This document shows, one piece after another, positions 1 through 10,085 of a stretch of DNA of 64,000 nucleotides. Source of the stretch: Candidatus Omnitrophota bacterium (lineage in GTDB: Bacteria > Omnitrophota > Gorgyraeia > Duberdicusellales > 4484-171); assembly GCA_041652815.1 (NCBI GenBank), contig JBAZGN010000001.1:701855-765854 (forward strand), read 5' to 3'. Both the position numbers and the translations under genes were made by a program. The number at the start of each line of letters is the position of its first letter. Positions within the stretch are counted from its first letter, which is position 1. Below the pieces are notes generated by a model. The model searched no databases. It worked only from the letters and a program-made list of their open reading frames with translations, and was not told the origin of the DNA.

Positions 1-743
1 CATTCGTTGACGCGGAACACGCGTTTGACCCAAGTTATGGGAAAATTATAGGGGTAAATTTAGACGATCTTTTAATCTCTCAGCCTGACACTGGTGAGCA
101 GGCACTTGATATAGTAGAAACTCTTGTTCGTTCAAATGCCGTTGATTTAATAGTCGTAGACTCAGTTGCCGCACTTGTCCCGCGTTCCGAAATAGAAGGG
201 GAAATGGGAGATACGCATATAGCGCTTCAGGCGCGCCTGATGAGCCAGGCCCTTAGGAAGCTTACGGCTGCGATAAGCAAGTCAAAAACGTGTGTTGTGT
301 TTATCAACCAGATAAGGGAAAAAATCGGCGTTATGTTCGGCTCTCCGGAGACAACTCCCGGAGGCCGCGCGTTAAAATTCTATTCTTCGGTGCGTATCGA
401 TTTAAGAAGAATTGCAACAGTAACTAGCGGTGAGACTATTGTTGGCACTCGCGTTAGAGCCAAAATAGTAAAGAATAAAGTAGCAGCTCCTTTTAAGGAG
501 GCAATATTTGAAATTATACATACGGAAGGAGTTTCCAAGGTGGGCGCTTTAATTGATGCTGCGCTTGAATGTGAATTGATAAAGAAATCAGGAAGCTGGT
601 TTTCCTATAAAGATAAAAACCTTTCACAGGGGAAAGAGCAGTTAAGAGATTTATTAAAAGGTAATGAATCTCTAAGGAAGGAGTTGGAAGAAGAGCTGAA
701 AAAGGTAGTCTATTCAATACCAGAGAAGGAGGCAGAGAAATGA
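1..743 (+). CDS. recA: Recombinase RecA, C-terminal part (5' end lies upstream of the window)
   Basis: In-frame translation from nt 3 reads [88 protein letters not shown], the conserved RecA core; continues into ORF 204..743. Confidence 0.9.
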   Translation, partial: FVDAEHAFDPSYGKIIGVNLDDLLISQPDTGEQALDIVETLVRSNAVDLIVVDSVAALVPRSEIEGEMGDTHIALQARLMSQALRKLTAAISKSKTCVVFINQIREKIGVMFGSPETTPGGRALKFYSSVRIDLRRIATVTSGETIVGTRVRAKIVKNKVAAPFKEAIFEIIHTEGVSKVGALIDAALECELIKKSGSWFSYKDKNLSQGKEQLRDLLKGNESLRKELEEELKKVVYSIPEKEAEK

Positions 744-2152
744 AGAAATTTCTGCTTTTTTTATTGATTCTTTTGACAGGATCCTTTTGCTACGCGCAGT
801 CCAGAGACTTGGAAGATGCCGTAATAAAAGTTGCTGCCGATGTGGGTAAATCAGTTGTTTCAATCAGCAGTGTGGGCAGAGAAAAAATAGGCGTAAATTT
901 AGGCGAACATTCACCTTTTGGCAGATTTAACGATGATTCTTTTGGCAAATTCTTTGAGGAATTTTTCGGTAGCCAGCCGGAGGCGGAATTTAAGCGGATG
1001 GGGTTAGGCAGCGGTATAATAATTGATAAAAACGGCTACATACTTACTAATGAGCATGTAGTTTCTGGTGCGACAGAAATTAAGGTTAAGCTTTCAGACG
1101 GAAGAGAATTTGACGCCGAGGTTACCGGCAGCGACAAAAGAAGTGATCTGGCCGTTATAAAGATAGCTGCAACCGGCCTTACCGCAGTAAAACTTGGAGA
1201 TTCAGATAGCCTTAAAATAGGCAAATGGGTGGTTGCCGTGGGTAACCCTTTTGGTTTTGCAATAGACAATCCTGAGCCTACCGTAACAGTGGGGGTTGTA
1301 AGTGCGCTGCATAGATACGTACCAGCTTTAGGTAAACGCGAAAGAACTTATGATGAGCTTATCCAGACAGATGCAGCAATCAACCCCGGAAATAGCGGCG
1401 GTCCTCTGGTTAATCTTGATGGAGAAGTTATCGGTATAAATACCGCGATAATTTCTCTCTCCGGAGGATACCAGGGCCTGGGTTTTGCGATACCGGTTAA
1501 TAAGGTAAAAAGAGTTTTACCTAAATTGATGAAAGGGGAGAAAATAGCTTATGGCTGGCTGGGTATAAGCATTCAGGATTTAAACGAAGATTTAAGAGGT
1601 TATTTCGGCATAAAAGAAACCGCCGGCATAATTGTCGTAAAAGTTTATAGTAATTCTCCTGCTCAAGCCTCCGGGATTAAGGAAGGGGACCTTATATTGA
1701 CCTTTAATGGCCAGCCGGTTAAGGCATCCAGGGATTTAATAAGTATGGTTTCGGCATTTGAAATAGGTGCTGTTGTGCCGTTTAAGATTCTACGTGACGG
1801 AAAAGAAATCAATTTAAATATCAAAATTGACCAGAGCCCTAAAGATATAGAAACGGTTGAAGAAAAGTTAGATGCGCCACAACATGTAACATTCAGAGGG
1901 CTTGAAGTGGATGATTTGAGTCCTACGTATCGCCAGAGATTTAAGTTGCGAGAGTATTCTGGAGCTATTGTTGCATACATTGAAGAAGGCTCCCCTGCTG
2001 ACAGAAGCAACCTCGTAGTTGGAGACGTAATTACGAAAGTAAACGGTAAAGAGATAAAGAATAAAGAAGATTTTATTGCGGCTACTTCTAAAGTAAAGAC
2101 AAGTTGGCTCCTTAAAACAAATCGTGGTTTTACGGTTATTAAAGAGAAGTAG
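740..2152 (+). CDS. htrA: HtrA/DegP-family periplasmic serine protease (trypsin-like S1C domain plus two PDZ-like regions), signal peptide
   Basis: N-terminal signal peptide [19 protein letters not shown]; catalytic-region motifs [36 protein letters not shown]; ATGA overlap with recA stop. Confidence 0.85.
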   Translation: MKKFLLFLLILLTGSFCYAQSRDLEDAVIKVAADVGKSVVSISSVGREKIGVNLGEHSPFGRFNDDSFGKFFEEFFGSQPEAEFKRMGLGSGIIIDKNGYILTNEHVVSGATEIKVKLSDGREFDAEVTGSDKRSDLAVIKIAATGLTAVKLGDSDSLKIGKWVVAVGNPFGFAIDNPEPTVTVGVVSALHRYVPALGKRERTYDELIQTDAAINPGNSGGPLVNLDGEVIGINTAIISLSGGYQGLGFAIPVNKVKRVLPKLMKGEKIAYGWLGISIQDLNEDLRGYFGIKETAGIIVVKVYSNSPAQASGIKEGDLILTFNGQPVKASRDLISMVSAFEIGAVVPFKILRDGKEINLNIKIDQSPKDIETVEEKLDAPQHVTFRGLEVDDLSPTYRQRFKLREYSGAIVAYIEEGSPADRSNLVVGDVITKVNGKEIKNKEDFIAATSKVKTSWLLKTNRGFTVIKEK

Positions 2153-2159
2153 TAACGCG

Positions 2160-2265
2160 AATTATCGCGAATCCAACGCAGATATTCGCGAATAGATTCA
2201 TTTGCGGTAATTTGCGTCTATACCTTAAATAATTTATATAGGTAGATATTCGCGTATATTCGCGT
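2160..2265. promoter_or_regulatory. Intergenic region with three copies of the palindromic motif ATTCGCGAAT / ATATTCGCG upstream of recX
   Basis: aattatcgcgaatcc, atattcgcgaatag, atattcgcgtatattcgcgtt seen directly; function unknown. Confidence 0.3.
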
Positions 2266-2267
2266 TT

Positions 2268-2735
2268 ATGGAAGATTACAAGAAAGCTCTCAATTATTCT
2301 TTTCTTCTCCTAAAATACAGGCCAAGGAGCCGGCAGGAAATTATTGAGCGTTTAAACCGAAAGAAATACCCGTCAGCTACAATTGATAAAGTCATACGTG
2401 TTCTAGAGGAAAGCAGGTATATAAATGACGAAGAATTCGTGCGTTTATATGTTGCCTCATCGCTTAATCGCGGCTGGGGCAGGAAAAGAATAGAGTACAC
2501 GTTAAAGAAGTTCGGGATTTCCGAAGACTTAAGAAGCAGCGCTCTTAAAGATAACCAGCCTTTTAAGGAAAAGCTAAGAGAACTGGTACAGAGAAAAATT
2601 TCAGGTAAGACAAAAGATAGAAAAACATATCAGAAGATCATAAGAAATCTCGCAACAAAAGGTTTTGACTACGAAGATATTATCCGCGAGCTTGACGCCT
2701 CAGGCTTCAGGAAACCAGGATTTTCTAATGGGTAA
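2268..2735 (+). CDS. recX: RecA regulator RecX
   Basis: 155 aa, LLKYRPRSRQEIIERL...FVRLYVASSLNRGWGRKRI typical RecX helical repeats; position next to the recA region. Confidence 0.7.
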   Translation: MEDYKKALNYSFLLLKYRPRSRQEIIERLNRKKYPSATIDKVIRVLEESRYINDEEFVRLYVASSLNRGWGRKRIEYTLKKFGISEDLRSSALKDNQPFKEKLRELVQRKISGKTKDRKTYQKIIRNLATKGFDYEDIIRELDASGFRKPGFSNG

Positions 2736-2744
2736 TTTACCAAA

Positions 2745-5381
2745 ATGCTGACAAACGATTTAAGAAAAAAATATCTGGAATTTTTTAAAAAGAAGAATCA
2801 CAAGGTTTTTCCTTCTGACAGCCTCATTCCTGATGATCCAAGCGTTCTTTTCACTTCAGCCGGAATGAACCAGTTTAAGCCATATTTTTTGGGAGAAAAA
2901 AAAGATGTTAAATGTGCTGCTTCCTGTCAGAAATGCTTGCGTACCGGTGATATCGAAGAGGTTGGCCGTACCGCTTATCACCATACTTTTTTTGAAATGC
3001 TCGGCAATTTTTCTTTTGGCGATTATTTTAAAAAAGAAGCAATAGAATTCGCCTGGGAATTTATCATAAAAGAATTAAACATAAAAAAAGAAGTTCTTTG
3101 GGTTTCTGTCTATAACGATGATAAAGAGGCATATGAAATTTGGAAAAATCACATACAAATAGATGAAGGAAGAATTGTTCGTCTCGGTGAGGATAAGAAT
3201 TTCTGGCCAGGCTCCGCACCGTCAAAAGGCCCGAATGGGCCATGCGGGCCTTGCTCTGAAATATTTTTTGATAACGGTATAAATAGGGGATGCGGAAAGC
3301 AAAATTGCAGCCCCGCCTGTGATTGCGGAAGGTTTGTTGAATTCTGGAATCTGGTTTTTACCCAGTTTAACAGAGTAGGAGAAAATAAATTAGAGCCATT
3401 GCCGCAAAAAAATATTGATACCGGAATGGGCTTGGAAAGAATGGCTTCTATCCTGCAGCAAAAAACTTCCAACTTCGAAATAGATATATTACAGCCCGCG
3501 GTAGACTTTGTCTGCAACAGGCTAAAGGTAGAGAAGAATAAAACAACAGAAAGCTCAATAAACGCGATAGTTGACCATGCCCGCGCTGCTACGTTTTCTA
3601 TCTGCGACGGGGTTTATCCTTCTAACGAAGACAGGGGCTATGTAGTAAGAAAGATTATACGTAAAGCCCTATACCATGCGCACACCCTAGGACGCAAGGA
3701 CGTATTTCTTCATACTATGGTTGATTTGTACGCCCAGCTTATGAAAGAGCCTTATCCCGAAATCAGCACAAAAAGAGATGTAATTTCTAAAGTAATCAGG
3801 GCAGAAGAAGAAAAGTTCGTTTCAACTTTACGCGATGCCAAACTCCAGTTTTTTTCAATTAGCGAAAATCTTAAGAAAGATAAAGTAGATAAGATACCTG
3901 CCGAAGACCTTTTTCTGCTATACGATACTTATGGATTGCCGTTTGAGTTAAGCCGTGACATGGCTAAATCTGTTTCTTTAAAGGTTGATGAACAAGGGTT
4001 TAATGAACTTATGCTTAAACAGAAAGAACGCTCAAGAAGCAAAAGCATGTTTGACGAAAACATATTTAAAGCGCAAGGGTTGACGTTTAATGAAAAGAGC
4101 GAATTCACCGGTTACGAGGAGCATTCGGCACAGGCGAATATATTACACTTAGTTAAGATAAAAGAAAACATTCCGGAAAAACCACGAACTGGAAAGTTAA
4201 TGGAAAATGATGAAGGTATAATTGTTTTGGATAAAACTTGTTTTTATCCTGAGGCAGGAGGACAGTTAACTGACAAAGGCGTAATTACAACCAAAGACGG
4301 CGAGTTTCTGGTTGAGAAAGTTTTTAAGGTTCAGGATGCAATACTGCACAAAGGAAAAGTCACAAAAGGCATAATCTCTAAAGTAAGCGCTCACTTAGCG
4401 ATAGATTCAAAGAGGAGGCAGGCGCTTAAGAGGGCGCATACTGCAACTCACCTTTTACAGGCAGCGCTTAGAAAAATTTTAGGTGCTCATGTTGCCCAAC
4501 AGGGCTCTTTCGTAGATGAGGACAGGTTTCGCTTTGATTTTACGCATTTTAAAGCCCTTGACTCCGAGGAAATCGAAAAACTTGAAGATTGCGTAAATGG
4601 ATATATACTAAATGCTGATAAGGTTGTTAAAGAGGAGCTTGCGTACGAAGAAGCTAAAGGAACCGGCGCGCTTGCTTTTTTCAAAGACAAATATAAAGAT
4701 AAGGTAAGAGTCGTTTCCATAGGCAATTACAGCAAGGAACTATGCGGCGGCACGCACCTTGATTTAACTTCAGAAATCGGCTCATTTTTTATTGTTAGCG
4801 AGTCTTCTATAAGTAGCGGCATAAGGAGGATAGAGGCAGTGATTGGTGATAAAGCATACGAGAGAATAAAAAAAATAGAAAAAACTCTTTCTGCGGCAGC
4901 TGGTTTGCTTAGGTGTTCGGTTGAGGCTGTGCCTGAAGCAATTAAGCAGTTACAGGATGAAGTTAAGGCCTTAAATGATAAGATTAAGCATAGCAATAAA
5001 GAGAAGATTTCTTCCAAGATAAACGATATTCTTAAAGCAAAAAAAGAGATAAGCGGGTTAAATTTCCTGGTTTATGGTTTTAAGGATATTGATTCCGGGG
5101 ATTTGGTTTTTATCTCCGATATGATTAAAAAAGAACTCGGTTCGGTTTTCCTTTTTCTTGTATCTGAATCAGAGGGCAAAAGTATATTTATTTGTTCAAC
5201 CAGTGAAAACTATGCTAAAAAACACATTGCGGCAAATAAATTCGTGCCTCTTTTTAAGGAAGAATTATCTTTAAAAGGAGGAGGCAGGCCTACTTTGGTG
5301 CAGGGCGTTTTGATTGAAAAAAAGGAAAATTTGCTTTCAAAGGTAGAGGATTGTTTCATTAAATTTGTAGAAAAGATTTAG
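2745..5381 (+). CDS. alaS: Alanine--tRNA ligase
   Basis: 878 aa; FTSAGMNQFKPYFLG, HHTFFEMLGNFSFGDYFK, C-terminal editing/DHHA1 region. Confidence 0.95.
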   Translation: MLTNDLRKKYLEFFKKKNHKVFPSDSLIPDDPSVLFTSAGMNQFKPYFLGEKKDVKCAASCQKCLRTGDIEEVGRTAYHHTFFEMLGNFSFGDYFKKEAIEFAWEFIIKELNIKKEVLWVSVYNDDKEAYEIWKNHIQIDEGRIVRLGEDKNFWPGSAPSKGPNGPCGPCSEIFFDNGINRGCGKQNCSPACDCGRFVEFWNLVFTQFNRVGENKLEPLPQKNIDTGMGLERMASILQQKTSNFEIDILQPAVDFVCNRLKVEKNKTTESSINAIVDHARAATFSICDGVYPSNEDRGYVVRKIIRKALYHAHTLGRKDVFLHTMVDLYAQLMKEPYPEISTKRDVISKVIRAEEEKFVSTLRDAKLQFFSISENLKKDKVDKIPAEDLFLLYDTYGLPFELSRDMAKSVSLKVDEQGFNELMLKQKERSRSKSMFDENIFKAQGLTFNEKSEFTGYEEHSAQANILHLVKIKENIPEKPRTGKLMENDEGIIVLDKTCFYPEAGGQLTDKGVITTKDGEFLVEKVFKVQDAILHKGKVTKGIISKVSAHLAIDSKRRQALKRAHTATHLLQAALRKILGAHVAQQGSFVDEDRFRFDFTHFKALDSEEIEKLEDCVNGYILNADKVVKEELAYEEAKGTGALAFFKDKYKDKVRVVSIGNYSKELCGGTHLDLTSEIGSFFIVSESSISSGIRRIEAVIGDKAYERIKKIEKTLSAAAGLLRCSVEAVPEAIKQLQDEVKALNDKIKHSNKEKISSKINDILKAKKEISGLNFLVYGFKDIDSGDLVFISDMIKKELGSVFLFLVSESEGKSIFICSTSENYAKKHIAANKFVPLFKEELSLKGGGRPTLVQGVLIEKKENLLSKVEDCFIKFVEKI

Positions 5382-5383
5382 GA

Positions 5384-5474
5384 ACGGATGCAAACGGATG
5401 GTACGCCTGCCTGCCGGCAGGAATGTCACGGACAAATCATCCGTTGAATCTGTAATAATCCGTCTGCATCCGTT
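5384..5474. terminator. Nested palindrome / probable terminator structure after alaS
   Basis: aacggatgcaaacggatgg (5384-5401) pairs with atccgtctgcatccgtt (5458-5474); inner palindrome cctgccggcagg 5410-5421. Confidence 0.35.
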
Positions 5475-5489
5475 ACAAGAAGTTAAAAA

Positions 5490-6713
5490 ATGAGAGTGGT
5501 AAGGAATTTAGACAGCTTAAGTAAAGCGCTTCTTAAAAAACGAAACCGTAAAAGTAACATAACGGAAAAGGTTTCAAAAATCATAAAAGACGTCTGCGAG
5601 CGCGCAGATGACGCTCTTATCGAATATACCAAAAAATTCGATAAGGTTAAATTGCTGCCCAAAGAATTACGGGTGAGCGAAGGAGAAATCAGTGCGGCTT
5701 TTAATGAACTGGATTCTTCAATAATTTCTTCTTTCAAGCTGGCAATTGACAACGTTACTAAGTTTTACAAAAAAGAAGCACCGAAGTATATCAAACGTAT
5801 AAAAGAAGCAAACGGTAAGACCCTAATCAACCGATATATCCCCTTAGAAAGAGTAGGAGTATATGTCCCCGCAGGAACCGCACCGCTCGTTTCAACTGTT
5901 TATATGTCAGTTATACCGGCGATTGTCGCCGGAGTAAAAGAAATAGTGTTAGCCACTCCGCCCAGAAAAGATAAAAGCATAAATCCGTTTATACTTGCGG
6001 TAGCATCACTTTTAAAAATTAAAGAAATTTACCGCGTAGGCGGAGCGCAGGCAATAGCGGCATTAAGTTTTGGCACAAAAACCATAAAACGGGTTGATAA
6101 GATAGTAGGCCCGGGCAATGAATTTGTTACCGAAGCAAAAAGGCAAGTGTTTGGAAAGGTTGGCATAGACATGCTGGCTGGGCCTTCCGAAGTTGTGATT
6201 GTTGCATCCCGTGGCGCTAACATAGATTATATAGTTGCTGACCTTGAAGCGCAACTGGAACACCATAACGGTATGGGCATAGTAGTTACTAATTCGGCTA
6301 AAATTATAAAAGAATTAAGGAAGAAAAAGATAAAAGGGCTGGTCTTACGGGTTAAATATCTTGAAGAAGCCTGTGAGGTGGTAAACAAAATTGCACCCGA
6401 GCACCTTGAAATTTTTACTAAAAAACCGTCAAAAATACTAAGGAAAATAAAAAATGCCGGAGCAATATTTTTAGGCGAAAATACGCCGACAGCCCTAGGA
6501 GATTATACTGCCGGGCCAAGCCACGTGCTGCCTACAGGCGGTAGCGCGCGGTTTTTCTCATCGCTTTCTACGAAAGAATTTTTAAAGGAAATTCATATAA
6601 TAAGTTATACAAAAAAAGCTTTGCAGGAAGAAGCAGCGGTTTTAGAAAAAATTGCATCTTTAGAAGGAATGCAGAAACACATAGAGAGTGTAAAAAAGAG
6701 GTTAACAAGTTAA
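5490..6713 (+). CDS. hisD: Histidinol dehydrogenase
   Basis: 407 aa; YRVGGAQAIAALSFGT, GPGNEFVTEAKRQVFG, ENTPTALGDYTAGPSHVLPTGGSARF. Confidence 0.9.
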   Translation: MRVVRNLDSLSKALLKKRNRKSNITEKVSKIIKDVCERADDALIEYTKKFDKVKLLPKELRVSEGEISAAFNELDSSIISSFKLAIDNVTKFYKKEAPKYIKRIKEANGKTLINRYIPLERVGVYVPAGTAPLVSTVYMSVIPAIVAGVKEIVLATPPRKDKSINPFILAVASLLKIKEIYRVGGAQAIAALSFGTKTIKRVDKIVGPGNEFVTEAKRQVFGKVGIDMLAGPSEVVIVASRGANIDYIVADLEAQLEHHNGMGIVVTNSAKIIKELRKKKIKGLVLRVKYLEEACEVVNKIAPEHLEIFTKKPSKILRKIKNAGAIFLGENTPTALGDYTAGPSHVLPTGGSARFFSSLSTKEFLKEIHIISYTKKALQEEAAVLEKIASLEGMQKHIESVKKRLTS

Positions 6714-6761
6714 TAGGTTGTTAAGTTATTAGGTTGTAGATTGGAAAAAAGGAGATATGGT

Positions 6762-7382
6762 ATGGGTAAGATAAAAAGTAGGAAGGCAGAGATTAGAAGA
6801 AAAACTAAAGAAACCTATATTATTATAAAATTGAATATCGACGGTACAGGTAAGTCAAAAATAAATACAGGCATAGGTATCCTTGATCATATGCTTGAGT
6901 TGTTTGCTTTTCATGGTTTATTTGATTTGGAAATTGCAGCAAAAGGAGATTTAAAAGTTGATATACACCATACTAATGAAGATATTGGCATTGTATTGGG
7001 GGATGCTTTTAAGAAAGCATTAGGGGATAAAAAGGGCATCAGAAGATTCGGCTCTATTTCTGTACCGATGGAAGAAGTTGTAGCTACTGTTGCTTTGGAT
7101 ATAAGCGGACGAGGTTTTCTAAAGTTTAAAACAGATATTCCAAAATTCACAGGAAAATCTATGGCCCAAGAAGAATATAAATTGGAATATGCAGAACATT
7201 TTTTTGAATCTTTAGCCAAGCATTTAGGAATTAATCTAAATATTAACGTATCTCCGTATAGTCCCGATATACATACAACTTTAGAACCTGTTTTTAAAGC
7301 TTTAGGAATAGCTTTGGCTCAAGCTACTCAAATTGATCCCCGAAGAAAAGGTATCCCGTCTACTAAAGGCATCATTGATTAA
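6762..7382 (+). CDS. hisB: Imidazoleglycerol-phosphate dehydratase (monofunctional, no phosphatase domain)
   Basis: RKTKETYIIIKLNIDGTGKSKINTGIGILDHMLELFAFHG; ATG 6762 preceded by aaaaggag RBS (ORF track start 6741 is a TTG extension). Confidence 0.85.
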   Translation: MGKIKSRKAEIRRKTKETYIIIKLNIDGTGKSKINTGIGILDHMLELFAFHGLFDLEIAAKGDLKVDIHHTNEDIGIVLGDAFKKALGDKKGIRRFGSISVPMEEVVATVALDISGRGFLKFKTDIPKFTGKSMAQEEYKLEYAEHFFESLAKHLGINLNINVSPYSPDIHTTLEPVFKALGIALAQATQIDPRRKGIPSTKGIID

Positions 7383-7476
7383 GCTATAGGTAAAATTATC
7401 TATGATCATCCTTGTCCTACGAAGCTTTAGCATAGTAGGATGCGACTTCAATCTGTGCCAATCTGTGTAAAAAAAT

Positions 7477-8097
7477 ATGATTGTAATCATTGACTACGGA
7501 ATGGGGAATTTAAGAAACGTTCAGAAGGCAGGAGAGTTTCTGGGGAAAAATCTTCGCGTGACAGATTCTCCTGCAATAATAAAGAAAGCAAAAAAAATAA
7601 TCTTCCCCGGAGTCGGTAACTTCAAGCAGGCAGTAAAAGAATTAAAGCAAAGAAAAATTTTCGATATCTTAATTGATAGGATAAACGAAGGCGTGCCATT
7701 TCTCGGTATTTGTTTGGGCATGCAGCTTTTACTTGAGCTAAGCGAGGAAGCTCCGGGAGTTAGGGGGTTAGGGGTTATAAAAGGCAAGGTAAAAAAATTT
7801 GACGAGCATAAAATAATTGTGCCGCATATGGGGTGGAATCAAGCGCAAAGCGCAAAACGCATAGCGCATAGCGGTAAAAACTTATTTAGAGGAATACCAG
7901 ACAAAAGTTATTTTTATTTTGCGCATTCATACTATTGCGATATAACCGAAAAAGGCGCCGCACTTGCTACCACGGAATACGGCATAAATTTTTCTTCAGC
8001 GTGCTGCAAGAAAAATATCTGGGGCGTGCAGTTCCACCCGGAAAAAAGCCAAAAACTCGGGCTTAAGCTTTTCGATAATTTCTTAACCTTATGTTAA
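7477..8097 (+). CDS. hisH: Imidazole glycerol phosphate synthase, glutamine amidotransferase subunit
   Basis: MIVIIDYGMGNLRNV, GICLGMQLL, FHPEKS class-I GATase triad context. Confidence 0.9.
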   Translation: MIVIIDYGMGNLRNVQKAGEFLGKNLRVTDSPAIIKKAKKIIFPGVGNFKQAVKELKQRKIFDILIDRINEGVPFLGICLGMQLLLELSEEAPGVRGLGVIKGKVKKFDEHKIIVPHMGWNQAQSAKRIAHSGKNLFRGIPDKSYFYFAHSYYCDITEKGAALATTEYGINFSSACCKKNIWGVQFHPEKSQKLGLKLFDNFLTLC

Positions 8098-8810
8098 TAA
8101 TTCCAGCTATAGATTTATATAATGGTAAGGTTGTTAGGTTCGTAAAAGGCGACCCCAGCCGCTCAACAATCTACAGTGATAATCCACTTAGCGTAGCGCG
8201 TAAATGGCAAAATGAGGGCGCAGAAGTTCTTCATATCGTAGACCTCTCGGCAGCGTTGGGAGAATCAGATAACGCAGATATAATCGAACATATCATTAGG
8301 GAGATCGATATAGATGTAGAAGTAGGCGGCGGCATACGCGATATAGATAGGGCAGTAAAGCTTGTCTCTTTGGGCGCAGAGCGAATAGTTGTCGGCACCA
8401 AAAGCCTCGATGATAATTTTATCAAAAGTTTAACTGCAAATGTGAGCATAGAAAAAATAGCAGTAGGCGTGGATGTTAAAGAGGGTGTAGTAGCAACCAA
8501 GGGATGGAAAGAAAAGACTTCGTTAGAGCCCCTAATTTTTATCGAAAATATTATATCCAAAGGCATAAAGTGGATAATTTATACTGATATATCTAGAGAC
8601 GGCACTTTACAAGGTGTAAATCTGGAAGCTCTGGCGCAGCTTTCGCAGTTTAAAGGCGTTAATTTTATTGCATCCGGCGGCATATCCAGCCTGGATGACC
8701 TTAAAAATCTTAAAAAGAAATTGCCTTTTGTCTGGGGCTGTATTTGCGGAAAAGCCCTGTATGATGATAAATTTAAGCTAAAAGAAGCTATCGCGGTTTT
8801 AAAGGGTTAA
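8091..8810 (+). CDS. hisA: Phosphoribosylformimino-5-aminoimidazole carboxamide ribotide isomerase
   Basis: MLIIPAIDLYNGKVVRFVKGD and C-terminal ASGGISSLDDL; overlaps hisH end. Confidence 0.85.
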   Translation: MLIIPAIDLYNGKVVRFVKGDPSRSTIYSDNPLSVARKWQNEGAEVLHIVDLSAALGESDNADIIEHIIREIDIDVEVGGGIRDIDRAVKLVSLGAERIVVGTKSLDDNFIKSLTANVSIEKIAVGVDVKEGVVATKGWKEKTSLEPLIFIENIISKGIKWIIYTDISRDGTLQGVNLEALAQLSQFKGVNFIASGGISSLDDLKNLKKKLPFVWGCICGKALYDDKFKLKEAIAVLKG

Positions 8811-8832
8811 CCCAAAGGCAATTCATAGATAT

Positions 8833-8860
8833 TGACAATTTTATAGAATATGGTATAAAA
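8833..8860 (+). promoter_or_regulatory. Sigma70-like promoter for rplM-rpsI (TTGACA, 16-nt spacer, extended -10 TGgTATAAA)
   Basis: ttgaca 8833-8838, tggtataaa 8852-8860. Confidence 0.5.
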
Positions 8861-8909
8861 GACGAATTCTACTTGTTTAGGCTATTCAATATAATCGGAG
8901 GAAAAGAAA

Positions 8910-9335
8910 GTGAAAAAAACGCAATTCTTTAACAAAGTCGAACGTAAATGGGTATTGATTGACGCAAAGGATATGGTTTTAGGCCGGCTTTCTACCCGTA
9001 TCGCAAAAATATTGCAGGGGAAAACCAAAGCGACTTATACTCCTAATTTCTTATGCGGCGACAAAGTAATAGTAATAAATGCAAAGCATATAAAAATTAC
9101 CGGTAATAAGCTGGAAAATAAGAATTACGACAGGTATTCCGGCTATCCCGGCGGCATAAAAGAGATAAGCTTAAAGCGCCTGCAGGAAAAAAATCCTTCA
9201 CGCGTGCTTTATTGTTCAGTAAGAGGGATGCTTCCAAAAACTCTTTTAGCCAAAAGAATGATACGCGGGCTTAAAATTTATGCGGAAGATAAACATGATC
9301 AGGAGGCTCAACAGCCGGTAAAATTAGAGGTGTAA
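8910..9335 (+). CDS. rplM: 50S ribosomal protein L13
   Basis: [36 protein letters not shown]; GTG start after ggaggaaaag RBS. Confidence 0.9.
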   Translation: MKKTQFFNKVERKWVLIDAKDMVLGRLSTRIAKILQGKTKATYTPNFLCGDKVIVINAKHIKITGNKLENKNYDRYSGYPGGIKEISLKRLQEKNPSRVLYCSVRGMLPKTLLAKRMIRGLKIYAEDKHDQEAQQPVKLEV

Positions 9336-9336
9336 T

Positions 9337-9738
9337 ATGCAGCAAGATGCAAAATCAATTTTGGCCACAGGCAGAAGAAAAGAATCCCGCGCGCGCGTGC
9401 GTTTGCTTCTTGAGGGCCAGGGCAAGGTTACGATAAACGGAAGAGACTTGAATAAATATTTCGTAACTGTCGATCAGGTAATGCAGGTTAAAAAACCTTT
9501 CACCGTTTCAAGCACAGAAGGAAAATTTGATGTATTGGCATCGGTTACAGGTGGAGGAATAAACGGGCAAGCTGGTGCAATAAGCCTTGGTATTTCCCGT
9601 GCATTGCTCAGATTTAACCCTGAATTAAGGGGTTGTCTTCGCAAGGAAAATCTTCTTACCAGAGACCCTCGCTCTAAAGAACGTAAAAAATACGGCAGGA
9701 AAGGCGCACGCCGCAGATTCCAGTGGACAAAGCGTTAA
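9337..9738 (+). CDS. rpsI: 30S ribosomal protein S9
   Basis: [12 protein letters not shown] ... C-terminal RRRFQWTKR. Confidence 0.9.
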   Translation: MQQDAKSILATGRRKESRARVRLLLEGQGKVTINGRDLNKYFVTVDQVMQVKKPFTVSSTEGKFDVLASVTGGGINGQAGAISLGISRALLRFNPELRGCLRKENLLTRDPRSKERKKYGRKGARRRFQWTKR

Positions 9739-10032
9739 AGACAGAAATATAATCTTAATACCATAAAGCTACAAAGTATTTTTGTATGTTTTATGGTATT
9801 TTGTTTTATGCTCTTAATGTCCATACATCCTTACCGAAAAAATGCGTTTGGTAATCAAAAAGTTGCATAATTGTTTCGGATGCGCTTGGTTGATATAGGC
9901 CGTAGCGTACTGTTTAGTCCGCGGCATTTTTTCGGTATACCTCAAACTGAACTTATGTTTAAGCTCAGTTTGACCTTCGGGCAAAAAATGCAAATGCATT
10001 TTTTGGGTTAAGTTTAGCCTATCCCAAAAACC

Positions 10033-10061
10033 TTGACAATTAGGCCTAATTGCGTTAATGT
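10033..10061 (+). promoter_or_regulatory. Candidate promoter for ribBA (TTGACA-17-TAATGT)
   Basis: ttgaca 10033-10038, taatgt 10056-10061, 25 nt before ribBA ATG. Confidence 0.4.
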
Positions 10062-10085
10062 ATCTTACTTTTTAACAGTAATTCT

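Noticed and set aside
2160-2265. Canonical LexA/SOS box upstream of recX
   Set aside because: No CTGT-N8-ACAG or CGAAC-N4-GTTCG match. Only the non-canonical ATTCGCGAAT palindrome, reported as a hypothesis instead.
3149-3517. 122-aa minus-strand ORF
   Set aside because: Antisense within alaS.
9740-10085. FMN riboswitch upstream of ribBA
   Set aside because: Conserved FMN-element segments not found on either strand.
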